Source: Octopus vulgaris
Lineage: Eukaryota
Direction: 5' to 3'
DNA: 64,000 nucleotides
Assembly: GCA_951406725.2 (NCBI GenBank)
Contig: OX597843.1
Location: 11,098,001-11,162,000 of the forward strand
Every line of letters begins with the position of its first letter. Position 1 is the stretch's first letter. A program made the position numbers and the translations under genes. The notes below the pieces were generated by a model that was not told the DNA's origin, made no database searches, and saw nothing but the letters and a program-made list of their open reading frames with translations. Of the stretch, positions 27,252 through 40,648 are shown in pieces.

Positions 27252-28119
27252 GGATCTTTACCTTTTGGCGTACAGATTTAGAAAATAAATTTTTGTAACT
27301 AAACACTTTCAAACTTCGGAAACTGGTAAAACAAGGTGGCGAGCTGGCAGAAACGTTAGCACGCCGGGCGAAATGCTGAGAGGTATTCCGTCAGCCGTTA
27401 CATTCTGAGTTCAAATTCCGCCGAGGTCGACTTTGCCTTTCATCCTTTCGGGGTCGATAAATTAAGTACCAGCTTTGCACTGGGGTCGATGTATTCGACT
27501 TAATTCCTTTGTCTGTCCTTGTTTGTCCCCTCTATGTTTAGCCCCTTGTGGGCAATAAAGAAATAAGAAAGTGTCATATAAAACATCTTTTACTCTTAGT
27601 ATTTTTGAGAAAAATTTATATTTACGAAGTAATTTCACGTCAAAGTAGTCCTATTTCGGTAATTTCTACCAATCAATGACGTGTATTCAGCTGAATAAAA
27701 TTACTGTTGTTGTTTGTCAACAAAAACTTCCGGCGGTGTATTTTTCATTTGTCACTGTTATTTATGACAACCCTAACCCTAAAACCCTAACCCTAACCCT
27801 AAAACCTTAAAGCTAAAATCAGTACAAATGCATGAACGATGTCATAAATAACAGGGACAAATGAAAAATACACCGCTGGAAGTTGTTGTTGACAAACAAC
27901 GGCAGTAATTTTATTCAGCTGAATACACATCATTGATTGGTTGAAATTACCGAAATACGACTACTTTAACGTGAAATTTCTTCCTAAATATAAGTTTTTC
28001 TCAAAAATGCTGAGAGTAAAAGATGTTTTATATGACACATTCTACCAGTGTCCGAAGTTTGAAAGTGTTTAGTTACAAAAAATTATTTTCTAAATCTGTA
28101 GGTCAATAGGTAAAGATCC
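27252..28119. mobile_element. Fold-back MITE with GG termini and 8-bp TSD (Merlin-like or hAT-like), central (CCCTAA)-like repeats
   Basis: TSD gaaaaatc at 27244-27251 and 28120-28127; ends ggatctttacc/ggtaaagatcc; arms complementary over nearly the whole length; Nin-SINE inserted ~27333-27566. Confidence 0.9.
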
Positions 28120-28853
28120 GAAAAATCCTTAGAATTGAAATAAATTAGTTATAAGCTACAGAAGTAATATCACAGTAACCCTTGGCCTATCCGAAGAATT
28201 TCCATAATTTTTTCCAAAACATCCATGCTTGTTTACAGAATTTTAGTTAGCCCTTATTTCAGATTTTCTGAATAATGCAAAGCTTTTCTTTTATAAGTCT
28301 CATGTTAGTCTGGTAGCTGGCACATTTGAGCGAGGTCATTGCCAGTGCCACTGGACTGGCTCCTGTGTAGGTGGCATGTAAAATACACCATTTCAAGCGT
28401 GGCCATTGCCAGTACTGCCAGACTGGCATTCATATCAGTGGCACCTACTACACTCTCAGAGTGGTTGGCGTTAGGAAGGGCATCCAGCTGTAGAAACTCT
28501 GCCAGATCAGATTGGAGACTGGCGCAGCCATCTGGTTCACCAGTCCTCAGTCTAATCGTCCAACCCATGCCAGCATGGAAGGCGGACGTTAACGGATGAT
28601 GCATGGATACCGGGGAAATATGCCCTGTGTCTCACAAATGGTATACAGGACTAGCAAAGTGTTAAGCTGTTCTGTTAGAAGAGGCAGTTTTGCTGTGACA
28701 TTAGTGAATTATGTCTCACAAAATGTGTCTTTATAACAAGGCTGTTACCTTCACCCTTTGGCTGTCCATTATAAGGCACAAAAAGAAAATGACTCTCCCC
28801 AGGCACAACAGAATTATTATTGTTATTATCTTGTGAACTATAATCTTAACTTA

Positions 28854-29158
28854 TCTTTATATATAAAACTGAAGTTGTGTGTGTCTCTGTCTACTCCGAT
28901 TTAGATTCCTAACTACTCCCACATTTTGCGGTGCAGTTTAACCAAAACCGGGTATCTTATAGTCGTGATTCATATTGAGCCCTTCTGGGTATTAGCACGC
29001 ATCTACGATGAGTCTATGATTTAAAAAAAAATTTACCATCATTTTTCCGCATTTTTAATGCATTTTTTGCTCGGTTTATATAAGGGAAGTAACTCTCAAA
29101 GAGGGCTTATATAGTTATTTCCCTTACAAACCCGAGCAACGCCAGGCGATACTACTAG
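28854..29158 (+). mobile_element. Non-autonomous Helitron
   Basis: A|TC start, subterminal hairpin cccgagcaacgccaggcg, CTAG|T end; second copy at 48189-48574. Confidence 0.9.
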
Positions 29159-29457
29159 TTACATATAATTCACATTGGAAAATAGTTTTGTAAGACAAAA
29201 TCTTATCAAAATGGTAGTAATTTTTTACTTGTTATGTAATATTGCATTTAAGCAAATATTTTTAATAATAATAGAAACTTTGGTTAATTCTAGTCTATAT
29301 ACTAATTATATACTATTTATTTATTATTTCGTACTTTATTTAGTTCTAGGTAAATGATTTATCGTATCTTAAATTTTTTTTTCTATATGGTATGATTTAA
29401 GTATATTATTGTTGAATTGCTACATGGTGGTTCTTCTCTAATCTATATACATAAATG

Positions 29458-29492
<35 letters not shown>

Positions 29493-29914
29493 CATCCCAA
29501 CGTGGCCGTAGCCAGCACCTTATTTACTGGCCTCCGTGCCGGTGGCACGTAACAAACACCATCCGATTGTGGCCGTTGCCAGCCTCGCCTGGCCTCCGTG
29601 CCGGTGGCACATAAAAAGCACCATCCGTCCTTGGCTGTTTGCCAGCCTCATCTGGCACCTGTGTCGGTGGCACGTAAAAAGCACCCACTACACTCCCGGA
29701 GTGGTTGGCGTTAGGAAGGGCATCCAGGTGTAGAAACACTGCCAGATCTGACTGGGCGTGGTGGAGCCTTCTGGCTTCCCAGACCCCAGTTGAACCGTCC
29801 AACCCATGCCAGCATGGAAAGCGGACGCTAAACGATGATGATGATGATGTGACATATTAATAAAAATCTGTAAATGTACAACCATCCAGATTTCTGAGTA
29901 GCTTATTTTTTCTA

Positions 29915-29953
<39 letters not shown>

Positions 29954-30137
29954 CATGGAGGCGCAATGGCCCAGTGGTTAGGGCAGCGGACTCGCGGTCG
30001 TAGGATCAAGCTGTAGAAACACTGCCAGATCTGACTGGGCCTGGTGCAGCCTTCAGGCTTCCCAGACCCCAGTTGAACCGTCCAACCCATGCTAGCATGG
30101 AAAGCGGACGTTAAACAGTGATGATGATGATGATGAT

Positions 30138-30548
30138 GAGTGGCTGTGTGGTAAGTAGCTTGCTAACCAACCACATAGTTCCAGGTTCAGTCCCACTGCG
30201 TGGCATCTTGGGCAAGTGTCTTCTGCTATAGCCTCGGGCCGACCAAAGCCTTGCGAGTGGATTTGGTAGATGGAAACTGAAAGAAGCCTGTCATATATAT
30301 GTATATATATATATATGTGTATGTGTGTGTTTGTGTCTCTGTGTTTGTCCCCCTAGCATTGCTTGACAACCGATGCTGGTGTGTTTACGTCCCCCGTCAC
30401 TTAGCGGTTCGGCAAAAGACACCGATAGAATAAGTACTGGGCTTACAAAGAATAAGTCCCGGGGTCGATTTGCTCGACTAAAGGCAGTGCTCCAGCATGG
30501 CCGCAGTCAAATGACTGAAACAAGTAAAAGAGTAAAAGAGTAAAGAGT
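30138..30548 (+). mobile_element. SINE family A
   Basis: Homologous to 1941-2350. Confidence 0.9.
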
Positions 30549-30592
30549 ATATAAATATACACACACACATACACACATATATATACATACAC

Positions 30593-30647
<55 letters not shown>

Positions 30648-30690
30648 GATATATACATATATATATATATACATATACATATATAGATAT

Positions 30691-30721
<31 letters not shown>

Positions 30722-30879
30722 GATACTCACACATAATATGTGTACATAATCACGCACATATGCCATATGTATGTTAAGTTTTGTTAAGGAAATACCCTGT
30801 TCTATATATTTCAAAAAAGATATCTTGATATTTAAATCGAATCTTCCTGTTTTACTTAAGTGGTTTTTATTTGCCCTGT

Positions 30880-30959
<80 letters not shown>

Positions 30960-31538
30960 TATGTGTGTGTATGTGTGGGTGGGTGTATGCGTGTATGTGT
31001 GTGTATGCGTATGTGTGTGTATGTGCGTGTATGTATGTGTATGTGTGTGTATGCGTATGTGTGTGTATGTGTGTGTATGTGTGTGTGTATGTGTGTGTGC
31101 ACGTGTGTATGTGTGTGGTATGTGTGTGTGTGCACGTGTGTATATGTGTATGTGTGTGTGTGTGTATGTGTGTGTATGTGTATGTGTGTGTGTGTGTATG
31201 TGTGTGTATGTGTATGTTTGTGTGTATGTGTGTGTGTGTGTGTGTGTGTATTGTTTGTTTGTGTATCGCTCGTGGTGGTTTGTATGATGGCTTATCTTCA
31301 GGATATGCGACACTTTTGAAAGTTGAAACCAGGATATGAGAGATTAGCTAATCTCAGGAAGAGAGAGAGAGAGAATTAGACAGACAAAAACCAGCCGTAT
31401 ATATATTATATATATATGTATATAGAAAAAGAGAGAGAGAGAGAGAGAAGTGATGAGAGATAAATTAACAGAAAGACAAACAGACACACTGACAGAAAGA
31501 TAGATAGATAGAGAGATAGATAGATAGAAAGACAGACT

Positions 31539-31638
<100 letters not shown>

Positions 31639-31944
31639 GGCAGGCAAACAAAGATTGGCAGAAGACAAACTGTCAGTCAGACACAGAGATAGATGATAGA
31701 TAGATAGATTGAGAAAGAGAGAGAGAGATTGATAGATAGATAGATAGATGGATAGAGAAAGAGAGAGAGAGAGAGAGATATAGATAGAGAAAGAGAGAGA
31801 GAGAGACAGACAGATAGATAGATAGACAGATAGATAGACAGATAGATAGATAGATAGATAGACAGATAGATAGACAGATAGATAGACAGACAGATAGATA
31901 GATAGATAGATAGACAGACAGATAGACAGATAGATAGGTAGATA

Positions 31945-32560
31945 AGTTTCTTTATTGGCCACACAGGGCTGCACACAGATGGGACAAGTTACAAGGTAGA
32001 GCTTTTTATTTTGGGGGCTGAAAAAAAACAAAAAACAAAAGAAACAAAAAAAAAAGGGGTGGCATAGGTTTTCGATCAAGAGGGATCTTAAAAGGGAAGA
32101 AAAGAACAAAAAAAAAATAAAATAAAAAATAAAAAAATAAAAAAATTTTTAAAAAGGAAGAAAAGGAAAAGGAACAAAAGAAAAGAGAAATGAAAAAAGA
32201 AAAAAAAAGGGGAAAAAAAAGGGGAAGAGGAAAAAAACGATCAATAGGGATCGTGTATAACAGTGTTATGATATATGGTGTAAAGGGGAAAGCAAGTAAG
32301 GTTTATCCGTGGGAAGAAAAGCCTACGAAAAAGACCACGGTAACCTTGGCCAATATTGTTGTATGTTACCACATTTGTTTGCAAGTGGGTAACCCTCTGT
32401 TTTCAATTTCTGGGTTCATAGGATTATGCTCAAGGTGGCTTCGTCATTCATACGTGCCATCCTTGCTACATTCACCCATCTTTTTTTAAAACATTCGCTA
32501 GACAAAACTTGCCTCTCTACTTTCACTTTCCTTTTCAAGTGGTACTTGAAGAAGTTGATA
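31945..32560 (-). mobile_element. Tx1/L1-clade LINE 3' fragment(s) in (GATA)/(GACA) tract
   Basis: INFFKYHLKRKVKVERQVLSSECFKKRWVNVARM plus 3' UTR ending cagccctgtgtggccaataaagaaac. Confidence 0.65.
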
Positions 32561-32567
32561 GACAAGC

Positions 32568-32642
<75 letters not shown>

Positions 32643-33783
32643 CAGACAGGCAGACGGACTGACAGGCAGACAGGTAGACAGACATATAGATAGGTGGATA
32701 GATAGACAGATAGATAATTTTCTTAGTTTATTGCCCACACAGGGCTAGACACAGAGGGGACAATTCGAAGAGTGTAACAATGATAGAAAGAGGAAAAGAA
32801 CAAGAAAGGGCCAAAGAAAAGAAGAGAAAGGAGGAGAGAGAGAGAGAGAGACAGAGAGAGAAAGATAGAGACAGAGAGAGAAAGGAAGAGAGAGAAAGGG
32901 AGGAACACTTAATGTCTCAAATTTCATTACAAACCATGAATATTGTTCTTTCTCGGTTGCTTTTGTTATAGAACAGACTTGACCCCGCATACCTATAATC
33001 AAAGGCGTTCCATCCATGACCACCCTGTCAATTGTTGCCCCGGGAGAATCAAAATCAAAGACACACCTGGCATGACCACATCTTTTATTCTTTCACTTGT
33101 TACAGTCATTAAACTGTGGCCATGCTGGAGCGCCACTGTGAAGAACATTTTTAGTCGAGCGGATGAATCAACTGCAGTATTTACTCCATCGATATTTTTT
33201 GCCAAACTGCTAAGTTATAGGGATGTAAGTACACCAACACAGGTTGTCAATCAGTAATGAAGAACAAACACACACACACACGTACACAGGTATTATGACA
33301 TTTCTCTGATACATGATCCCTATTGATCGATTTTTTCTTTCTTTTTGTTTACGATCCCTTTTGATCGAAAACCCACCCACCCCTTTTTTTTTCTCCCCAT
33401 AAAGAAAAGCTCTACTTTGTAATTTGTCCCCTCTGTTTTCAACCATGCGTGGCTAATAAAGAATCATATATACACTACGGGCTTCTTTCAGTTTCCATCT
33501 ACCAAATCCACTTACAAAGCTTTGGTCAGCATTGGGCTGTAGCAGAAGACTTCACCCTATTGTCCTACCGTCCAGTACTCTCACCCCTTGGGACCAACTC
33601 TTCTGTCACCAATCATCTCCCCTTACCTTTTTCCTAATCTCCCACCCTTACCTTTGGTCACACCTGCCTATTGCCAATCATTCTTCCATTGACTCCACCC
33701 CAAACATCCCTGCCTGCCCACACCCTCATACACTTGCCCCTTCTCCCTCTACCTAACCTCATCCATTTGATGTCTTATTTTCA

Positions 33784-33822
<39 letters not shown>

Positions 33823-34021
33823 AATATTCTTAATCAATGTTTCTGTGCTCCCAGATTTTTTTTTTTTTTTCTCCTGTCGATCCCTTTTGATCGAAATCTT
33901 ACATTTATTTTCCTTATTTTCCACCCTCGAAAAGAAAAGCTCTACATTTGTATTTGTCCCCTCTGTATTCAGCCCTGTGTGGCTAATAAAAGAAAGTTAT
34001 CTATCTATCTATCTATCTATC

Positions 34022-34545
34022 AAGCCATTTTCATCGTACTTGTGGCAATGGTGAAAGAATGTGTATGGTGGACGCGTCTGAAAGGATTGGAGACAAACAC
34101 TTTCCTCTCTGGTCAATCTCTCATCAACTTCTTCAAGTATCACTTGAAAAGGAAAGTGAGAGTAGAGAGGCAAGTTTTGTCTAGCGAATGTTTCAAAAAC
34201 AGATGGGTGAATGTAGCAAGGATGGCATGTATGAATGACAGAGCCACCTTGAGCATAATCCTATGAACCAAAACGAAAAAAGAAAGGAAAAAAGAGTCAC
34301 TGTAATGCGTTTTTTTGCATGACATTATTGTCCGAGGTTACCGTGGTCTTTTCTGTAGGCTTTTCTATCCATAGATAAACCTAATCTGTTTCCCCTGATA
34401 TTTCAGTGATACATGATCCCTATTGACCGGCCTTATATTTTTTAACGATCCCTTTTAATCGAATTTCTACCTCTTTTTTTTTCTTCTTCTCTACTTTGTA
34501 TTGTGTCCCCACTGTGTTCAGCCCTATGTGTCCAGTAAAGAAACA
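34022..34545 (+). mobile_element. Tx1/L1-clade LINE 3' fragment flanked by (TATC)n
   Basis: AIFIVLVAMVKECVWWTRL...FKNRW resembles the K..IW..R motif at Tx1/L1 ORF2 C-termini; UTR-only copies at ~33300-33462 and 33860-33998. Confidence 0.65.
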
Positions 34546-34669
34546 TATCTATCTATCTATCTATCTATCTGTCTATCTATCAAATCTATCTATCTATCTA
34601 TCAAATCACCATACCACCGAACAAAAAACCCTCAAACATCAAATCACCAGACCACCGAACAAAAACTCC

Positions 34670-35200
34670 TATTTTGTCTGCCGCTACGTTCTGAGTTCAA
34701 ATTCCTCCGAGGTCGACTTTGCCTTTCATCCTTTCGGGGCCGATTAAATAAGTACCAGTTACGCACTGGGGTCGATGTAATCGACTTAATCCCTTTGTCT
34801 GTCCTTGTTTATTCAGTCTGTGTTTAGCCCCTTGTGGGTAGTAAAGAAATAGGTATTTCGTCTGCCGCTACGTTCTGAGTTTAAATTCCACCGATGTCGA
34901 CTTTGCCTTTCATCCTTTCGGGGTCAATTAAATAAGTACCAGTTACGCACTGGGGTCGATGTAATCGACTTAATACCTATGTCTGTCCTTGTTTATCCCC
35001 TCTGTGTGTAGTCCCTTGTGGATAGTAAAGAAAGAGGTTGCATTTTGGAAAATTCCACCGAGGTCGACTTTGCCTTTCATCCTTTCGGGGTTGATTAAAT
35101 AAGTACCAGTTACGCACTGGGGTCGATGTAATCGACTAAATCCCTTTGTCTGTCCTTGTTTATCCCCTCTGTGTTTAGCCCCTTGTGGGTAGTAAAGAAA
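34670..35200 (+). mobile_element. Nin/Deu-domain SINE trimer
   Basis: Three tandem units. Confidence 0.85.
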
Positions 35201-35580
35201 GAGGTTGCATTTTGGAAACTGCCGCAGCTTAACAGAGAACGAAGGCGATTTAACTGCAGAGACAGAACAGAAAATTAGGGTTTTACCAAAGATAATTGAG
35301 GAAGAGATTCCTGGCGTTCCATTGTAAGACACATCTTGGTTGTGGCTTCTTAAGCCATAAGTACATTTATCGCTTTTGTGTTGTTTTAGACAATTTATTA
35401 TGGTATTGAGTTGGTTTTGTTTCAGCAAATGTAAATAACCACGGGTGTGTTTGGCAGAGGAGGCCCCGTTCTTTAAGGGGATAAAATGAGTTCCTGATTC
35501 TTTTCTGTTTTCTTTTTTTTCTTGTTATGGTGGTGGTGGTGGTGGTGGTGATGGCAGAAAAGTACAAAGAATCAGGGAAT

Positions 35581-35613
<33 letters not shown>

Positions 35614-35714
35614 AGACTGCATTGTAGTGGAATAAATACGGCAATATATATATATATATATATATATACATACATACATATGTAACATATGTATGTGTAT
35701 ATACATATATATAC

Positions 35715-35760
<46 letters not shown>

Positions 35761-35883
35761 GTGTATATATGAGACAGATACTTAATTTGAGTATATATAG
35801 GTTAAGTGTGTATATACATCATGTGTATAATATGTTGGGTATATATATTTATATATATATATATATCCATATTTATATGTATG

Positions 35884-35954
<71 letters not shown>

Positions 35955-36090
35955 TATATATATATAAGAATACACGTATATATATATGTGTATATATAAT
36001 ATAATATATATATATTAGTATATATATGTGTGTGTATATGTATATATGCACACACACACACACATGTATGTCTATATATACATGTGTGTG

Positions 36091-36158
<68 letters not shown>

Positions 36159-36637
36159 CATATATGGCTATATAGGTGTGTACATATGTGTGTATATGTA
36201 TTTAGATATATGTACATACACACACATGCACACGTGTATGTGTGTGTGTGAGAGTTATGTAAAAAGATCTCCCCATATTACCAGGATGTTGTAACGAAGT
36301 GGATACCAAAAGAAGTAGGAGGGAGGATGAAGGTAGAAGGGTGCGGGAGGAGGAAGGGGGAGGTGAGAGGATATGCAATGCAGCGTGGGAAACTATTCCA
36401 TGTGATATTCTCAAGTGGGTGGCTGGACGGTGGAGACAGAGGGGCAGGGTGCCAAACAGGGTGTGGCATTGTAACTGGCTCTGTTGACCATCGTTGATCT
36501 TTGAGCCAGACTGACAATTAACCAAGGCAGCAACACCTCGGTGTTGCGTTGCGATACCATCATACCATCATACCGTTGAAACTGTTCTACCGTGAAATCA
36601 CTCTACTGTTGCGCAATCACGTTTCTAATTCACCATA

Positions 36638-37055
36638 CCTATTTCTTTATTACCCACAAGGGGCCAAACACAGAGAGGACAAACAAGGACAGACAAACGG
36701 ATTAAGTCGATTGCATCGACCCCAATGCGTAACTGGTACTTAATTTATCGACCCCGAAAGGATGAAAGGCAAAGTCGACCTCGGCAGAATTTGAACTCAG
36801 AACGTAACGGCAGTCGAAATACCTATTTCTTTATTACCCACAAGGGGCCAAACACAGAGAGGACAAACAAGGACAGACAAACGGATTAAGTCGATTACAT
36901 CGTCCCCAGTGCATAACTGGTACTTAATTTATCGACCCCGAAAGGATGAAAGGCAAAGTCGACCTCGGTGGAATTTGAACTCAGAACATAACGGCAGACG
37001 AAATACGGCTACGCATTTTGCCCGGGGTGCTAACGGTTCTGCCAGCTCACCGCCT
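36638..37055 (-). mobile_element. Nin/Deu-domain SINE dimer between direct repeats of ~100 bp of flanking DNA
   Basis: 36538-36638 repeated at 37059-37154. Confidence 0.85.
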
Positions 37056-37347
37056 GTATCGGTGTTGCAATACCATCATACCACCATACCGTTGAAACTG
37101 TTCTACCGTGAAATCACTATACTGTTGCGCAATCATGTTTCTAATTCACCATACCATCACCTAGTTTATCTACCATACAATTAAAATATGGCATACCATC
37201 ATAGCCGCAGGTGTGGTTGTGTAGTAAGAAGCTTGCTTCACAACCACATGGTTCCAGGTTCATTCCCACTGCTTGGCACCTTGGGCAAGTGTCCTCTACG
37301 AAAGCCTTGTGAGAAGATTTGGCAGCCAGAAACTGAAAAATGCCCAT

Positions 37348-37397
<50 letters not shown>

Positions 37398-37402
<5 letters not shown>

Positions 37403-37792
37403 AATATTAGGGAATAAATCCAAATTTACAAGGAAAAATCAGATTTAAGATTGAATCCAATTTTATAGTAAAATATTATATAATATCAAATTAGAGACAA
37501 AACCACTATTATGCAAATCAAACAAAGAAAGACTTAAGCCAATACATAAAATAATTTATATAAATTAAAATTTAACATATGAATAACCACTACGATCGTT
37601 TCGTGTCAGCACATCTTAGACATTCAGGTTTTGAAACCACCTGAAGAATGTCTAAGATGTGCTGACACGAAACGATCGTAATGGTTATTCATATGTTAAA
37701 TTTTAATTTATATAAATTATTTTATGTATTGGCTTAAGTCTTTCTTTGTTTGATTTGCATAATAGTGGTTTTGTCTCTAATTTGATATTATA
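37398..37792. mobile_element. Fold-back Penelope-like relic in (TA)n (family of 24935-25090 and 53004-53260)
   Basis: Arms ~37480-37624 and ~37648-37792 are reverse complements. Confidence 0.8.
37635..37686 (+). ncRNA. Type I hammerhead ribozyme
   Basis: aaccac-CTGAAGA-atgtc(taagatgtgct)gacac-GAAA-cgatcg-TA-atggtt (the mirror arm has the perfect gtggtt). Confidence 0.75.
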
Positions 37793-37805
37793 TATATATA
37801 TATGA

Positions 37806-38112
37806 AGGCTCAGTTGTTAGAGCATAGAGCTTACAATTGTGAGGTTGTGAGTTCGATTCCCAGACCAGGCTGTGTGCTGTGTTCTTGAGCAAGACACTTT
37901 ATTTCACATTGCTCCAGTTCACACAGCTGTAGAAATGAGTTGCGACATCACTGGTGCCAAGCTGTATCGGCCCCTTTGCCTTTCCCTTGGATAACATTGG
38001 TGGTGTGGAGACGAGAAGGCTGGTATGCATGGATAACTGCTGGTCTTCCACAAACAATCTTGCCCTGACTTGTGCCTCGGAGGGTAACTTTCTAGGTGCA
38101 ATCCCATGGTCA
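37806..38112 (+). mobile_element. tRNA-derived SINE, V/Meta-like body
   Basis: ggctcagttgttagagc...gagttcgattccc head; gtgttcttgagcaagacactt; related copy on minus ~49630-49890. Confidence 0.75.
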
Positions 38113-38257
38113 TTCCTTCTCTCTATCTTTACCCACGACAAGAAGCTCCACGCTCGAGACGTTAAGCCCTCCCTTCTTTCCTTCTTTCCTGAGCGTCTGT
38201 CTTTGTTCCACGTCCTCACGTTGTTGTGTTTTTTTGTGCTTTCATATTTCGATTAAC

Positions 38258-38307
<50 letters not shown>

Positions 38308-38533
38308 GCATATATACATAATGTGACCGTGGCGATTTTTTTTTTCCTCTGTCTTCCCTTCTCTGGATCTTTCCTTCTCCTATCTTTACGACAAAGAGCT
38401 CCGCTCGAGACGTTAAACCCTCCTTCTTTCCTTCTTTCCTGAGCGTCCAATATTTGTTCCACGTCCTCACGTTGTTGTGTTTTTTTGTGCTTTCATATTT
38501 GGATTAACTATATATATATATATATATATATAC

Positions 38534-38585
<52 letters not shown>

Positions 38586-38760
38586 TGTCTTCCCTTCCCT
38601 GGATCTTTCCTTCTCCTATGTTTCCGACGAAGAGCTCCGCTCGTAAATGTTAAACCCTTCTTCTTCCCTTCTTTCCTGAGCATCCAATAATACTATATTT
38701 GTTCCACGTCCTCGCGTTGTTGTGTTTTTTTGTGCTTTCTTGTTTGGATTAACTTTACAT
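38110..38760 (+). mobile_element. Three tandem copies of the CCGACGA-HHR short element separated by (TA)n
   Basis: Homologous to 5975-6152; cores mutated (best copy 38620-38655). Confidence 0.75.
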
Positions 38761-38779
38761 ATCTACATATATATATATA

Positions 38780-39252
38780 CGGTTTAAGTAATTGAGATTC
38801 AAAGGAATTCTAATGAATTCACATGAATATGGTCCTTAACTAGGATGCACCGGAAATCTATATGGTGTTAACCATACGACAAAGTGGGGTGATTACAAAT
38901 AGGAAAAAAGCAACAAGAATGGATTAAAATCTCGGTACAATTGTTTCGTACAAGGACATCTTTAATAAAGCTACAAAAAATGCAGTAAATATAGATGGCT
39001 CGTACTTGTCAGCCGAAAAAACATCAGAGATTCCCAAACATCAAAAGGGGTAGATACAAATGAGGGTGTAAGTTTAACTGCATTGAAGAAAGTTCGATTC
39101 CTGGAGATCCGATGAAAGGTCTTGAACTTACAGAATTTGTGCATGTCCATATATAGCTCATAGTGAATTGTTAATCAAGTTATATGAAGAAATTTTGGAT
39201 ACAGTCATGCGAAATTTCTGAGAATCCGAGTAAGAAGCAAAGTGACTGTCAT
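38780..39252 (-). mobile_element. Penelope-like relic, same family as 54628-55590; HHR 38932-39016 with G8A change
   Basis: Near identity to 54628-55100; core reads CTGACAA on minus. Confidence 0.75.
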
Positions 39253-39450
39253 ATATATGTATATATGCATGCATATATGGGTACAGGACATCAAAAAAAA
39301 AAAACGTTGAACACAACGAGAAACGAAAACATAAAAACAAAAACATAGAAACGAACTTTTTTCGGACAACAAAAAAAACAAACAGAGAAACGAGCCATGC
39401 AACATAAAGAATATTCAGATCATTACTCTTTGTTCTTCTTTGGTACAAAT

Positions 39451-39633
39451 TGCTAGTAGAGTGACCATGCCGCAGGAGTGGCTGTGTGGTAAGTAGCTTG
39501 CTAACCAACCACATGGTTCCGGGTTCAGTCCCACTGCGTGGCATCTTGGGCAAGTGTCTTCAACTATAGCCCCGGGCCGACCAATGCCTTGTGAGTGGAT
39601 TTGGTAGACGGAAACTGAAAGAAGCCTGTCGTA

Positions 39634-39664
<31 letters not shown>

Positions 39665-39954
39665 GTGTGTATGTATGTATCTCTTTCTCTCCCTCTCTCT
39701 CTCTATATATATATAAATATATATACACACACACACACACAGACATATATACACACACACACACATATATACACAAACATACACAAACAGGCGCAGGAGT
39801 GGCTGTGTGGTAAGTAGCTTGCTAACCAACCACATGGTTCCGGGTTCAGTCCCACTGCGTGGCATCTTGGGCAAGTGTCTTCAACTATAGCTCCGGGCCG
39901 ACCAATGCCTTGTGAGTGGATTTGGTAGACGGAAACTGAAAGAAGCCTGTCGTA

Positions 39955-39993
<39 letters not shown>

Positions 39994-40530
39994 ATGTATG
40001 TATCTCTTTCTCTCCCTCTCTCTCTCTATATATATATAAATATATATACACACACACACACACACAGACATATATACACACACACACACATATATACACA
40101 AACATACACAAACAGGCGCAGGAGTGGCTGTGTGGTAAGTAGCTTGCTAACCAACCACATGGTTCCGGGTTCAGTCCCACTGCGTGGCATCTTGGGCAAG
40201 TGTCTTCTGCTATAGCCCCGGGCCGACCAATGCCTTGTGAGTGGATTTGGTAGACGGAAACTGAAAGAAGCCTGTCGTATATATGTATATATATATAAGC
40301 ATGTGTGTATATGTTTGTGTGTCTGTGTTTGTCCCCCTAGCATTGCTTGATAACCAATGCTGGTGTGTTTACGTCCCCGTCACTTAGCGGTTCGGCAAAA
40401 GAGACCGATAGAATAAGTACTGGGCTTACAAAGAATAAGTCCCAGGGTCGAGTTGCTCAACTAAAGGCGGTGCTCCAGCATGGCCGCAGTCAAATGACTG
40501 AAACAAGTAAAAGAGTAAAAGAGTAAAGAG
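39451..40530 (+). mobile_element. SINE family A with its 5' half plus microsatellite flank tandemly triplicated (~321-326-bp unit)
   Basis: Heads at ~39470, 39790, 40116. Confidence 0.9.
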
Positions 40531-40648
40531 TATGCCAGAAAGAAAAATGGTATGATCAGGCTCAAACTTCAACCACGTAACCACAATAGTACCAACTATA
40601 AACACGCATGTGCAGAAGGTAGTGTGACCATAATAAATACAGAAAAAA

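Noticed and set aside
29957-30008. tRNA-like sequences (also 281-358 and 37806-37870) as genuine tRNA genes
   Set aside because: Truncated or lacking a paired acceptor stem and fused to SINE bodies
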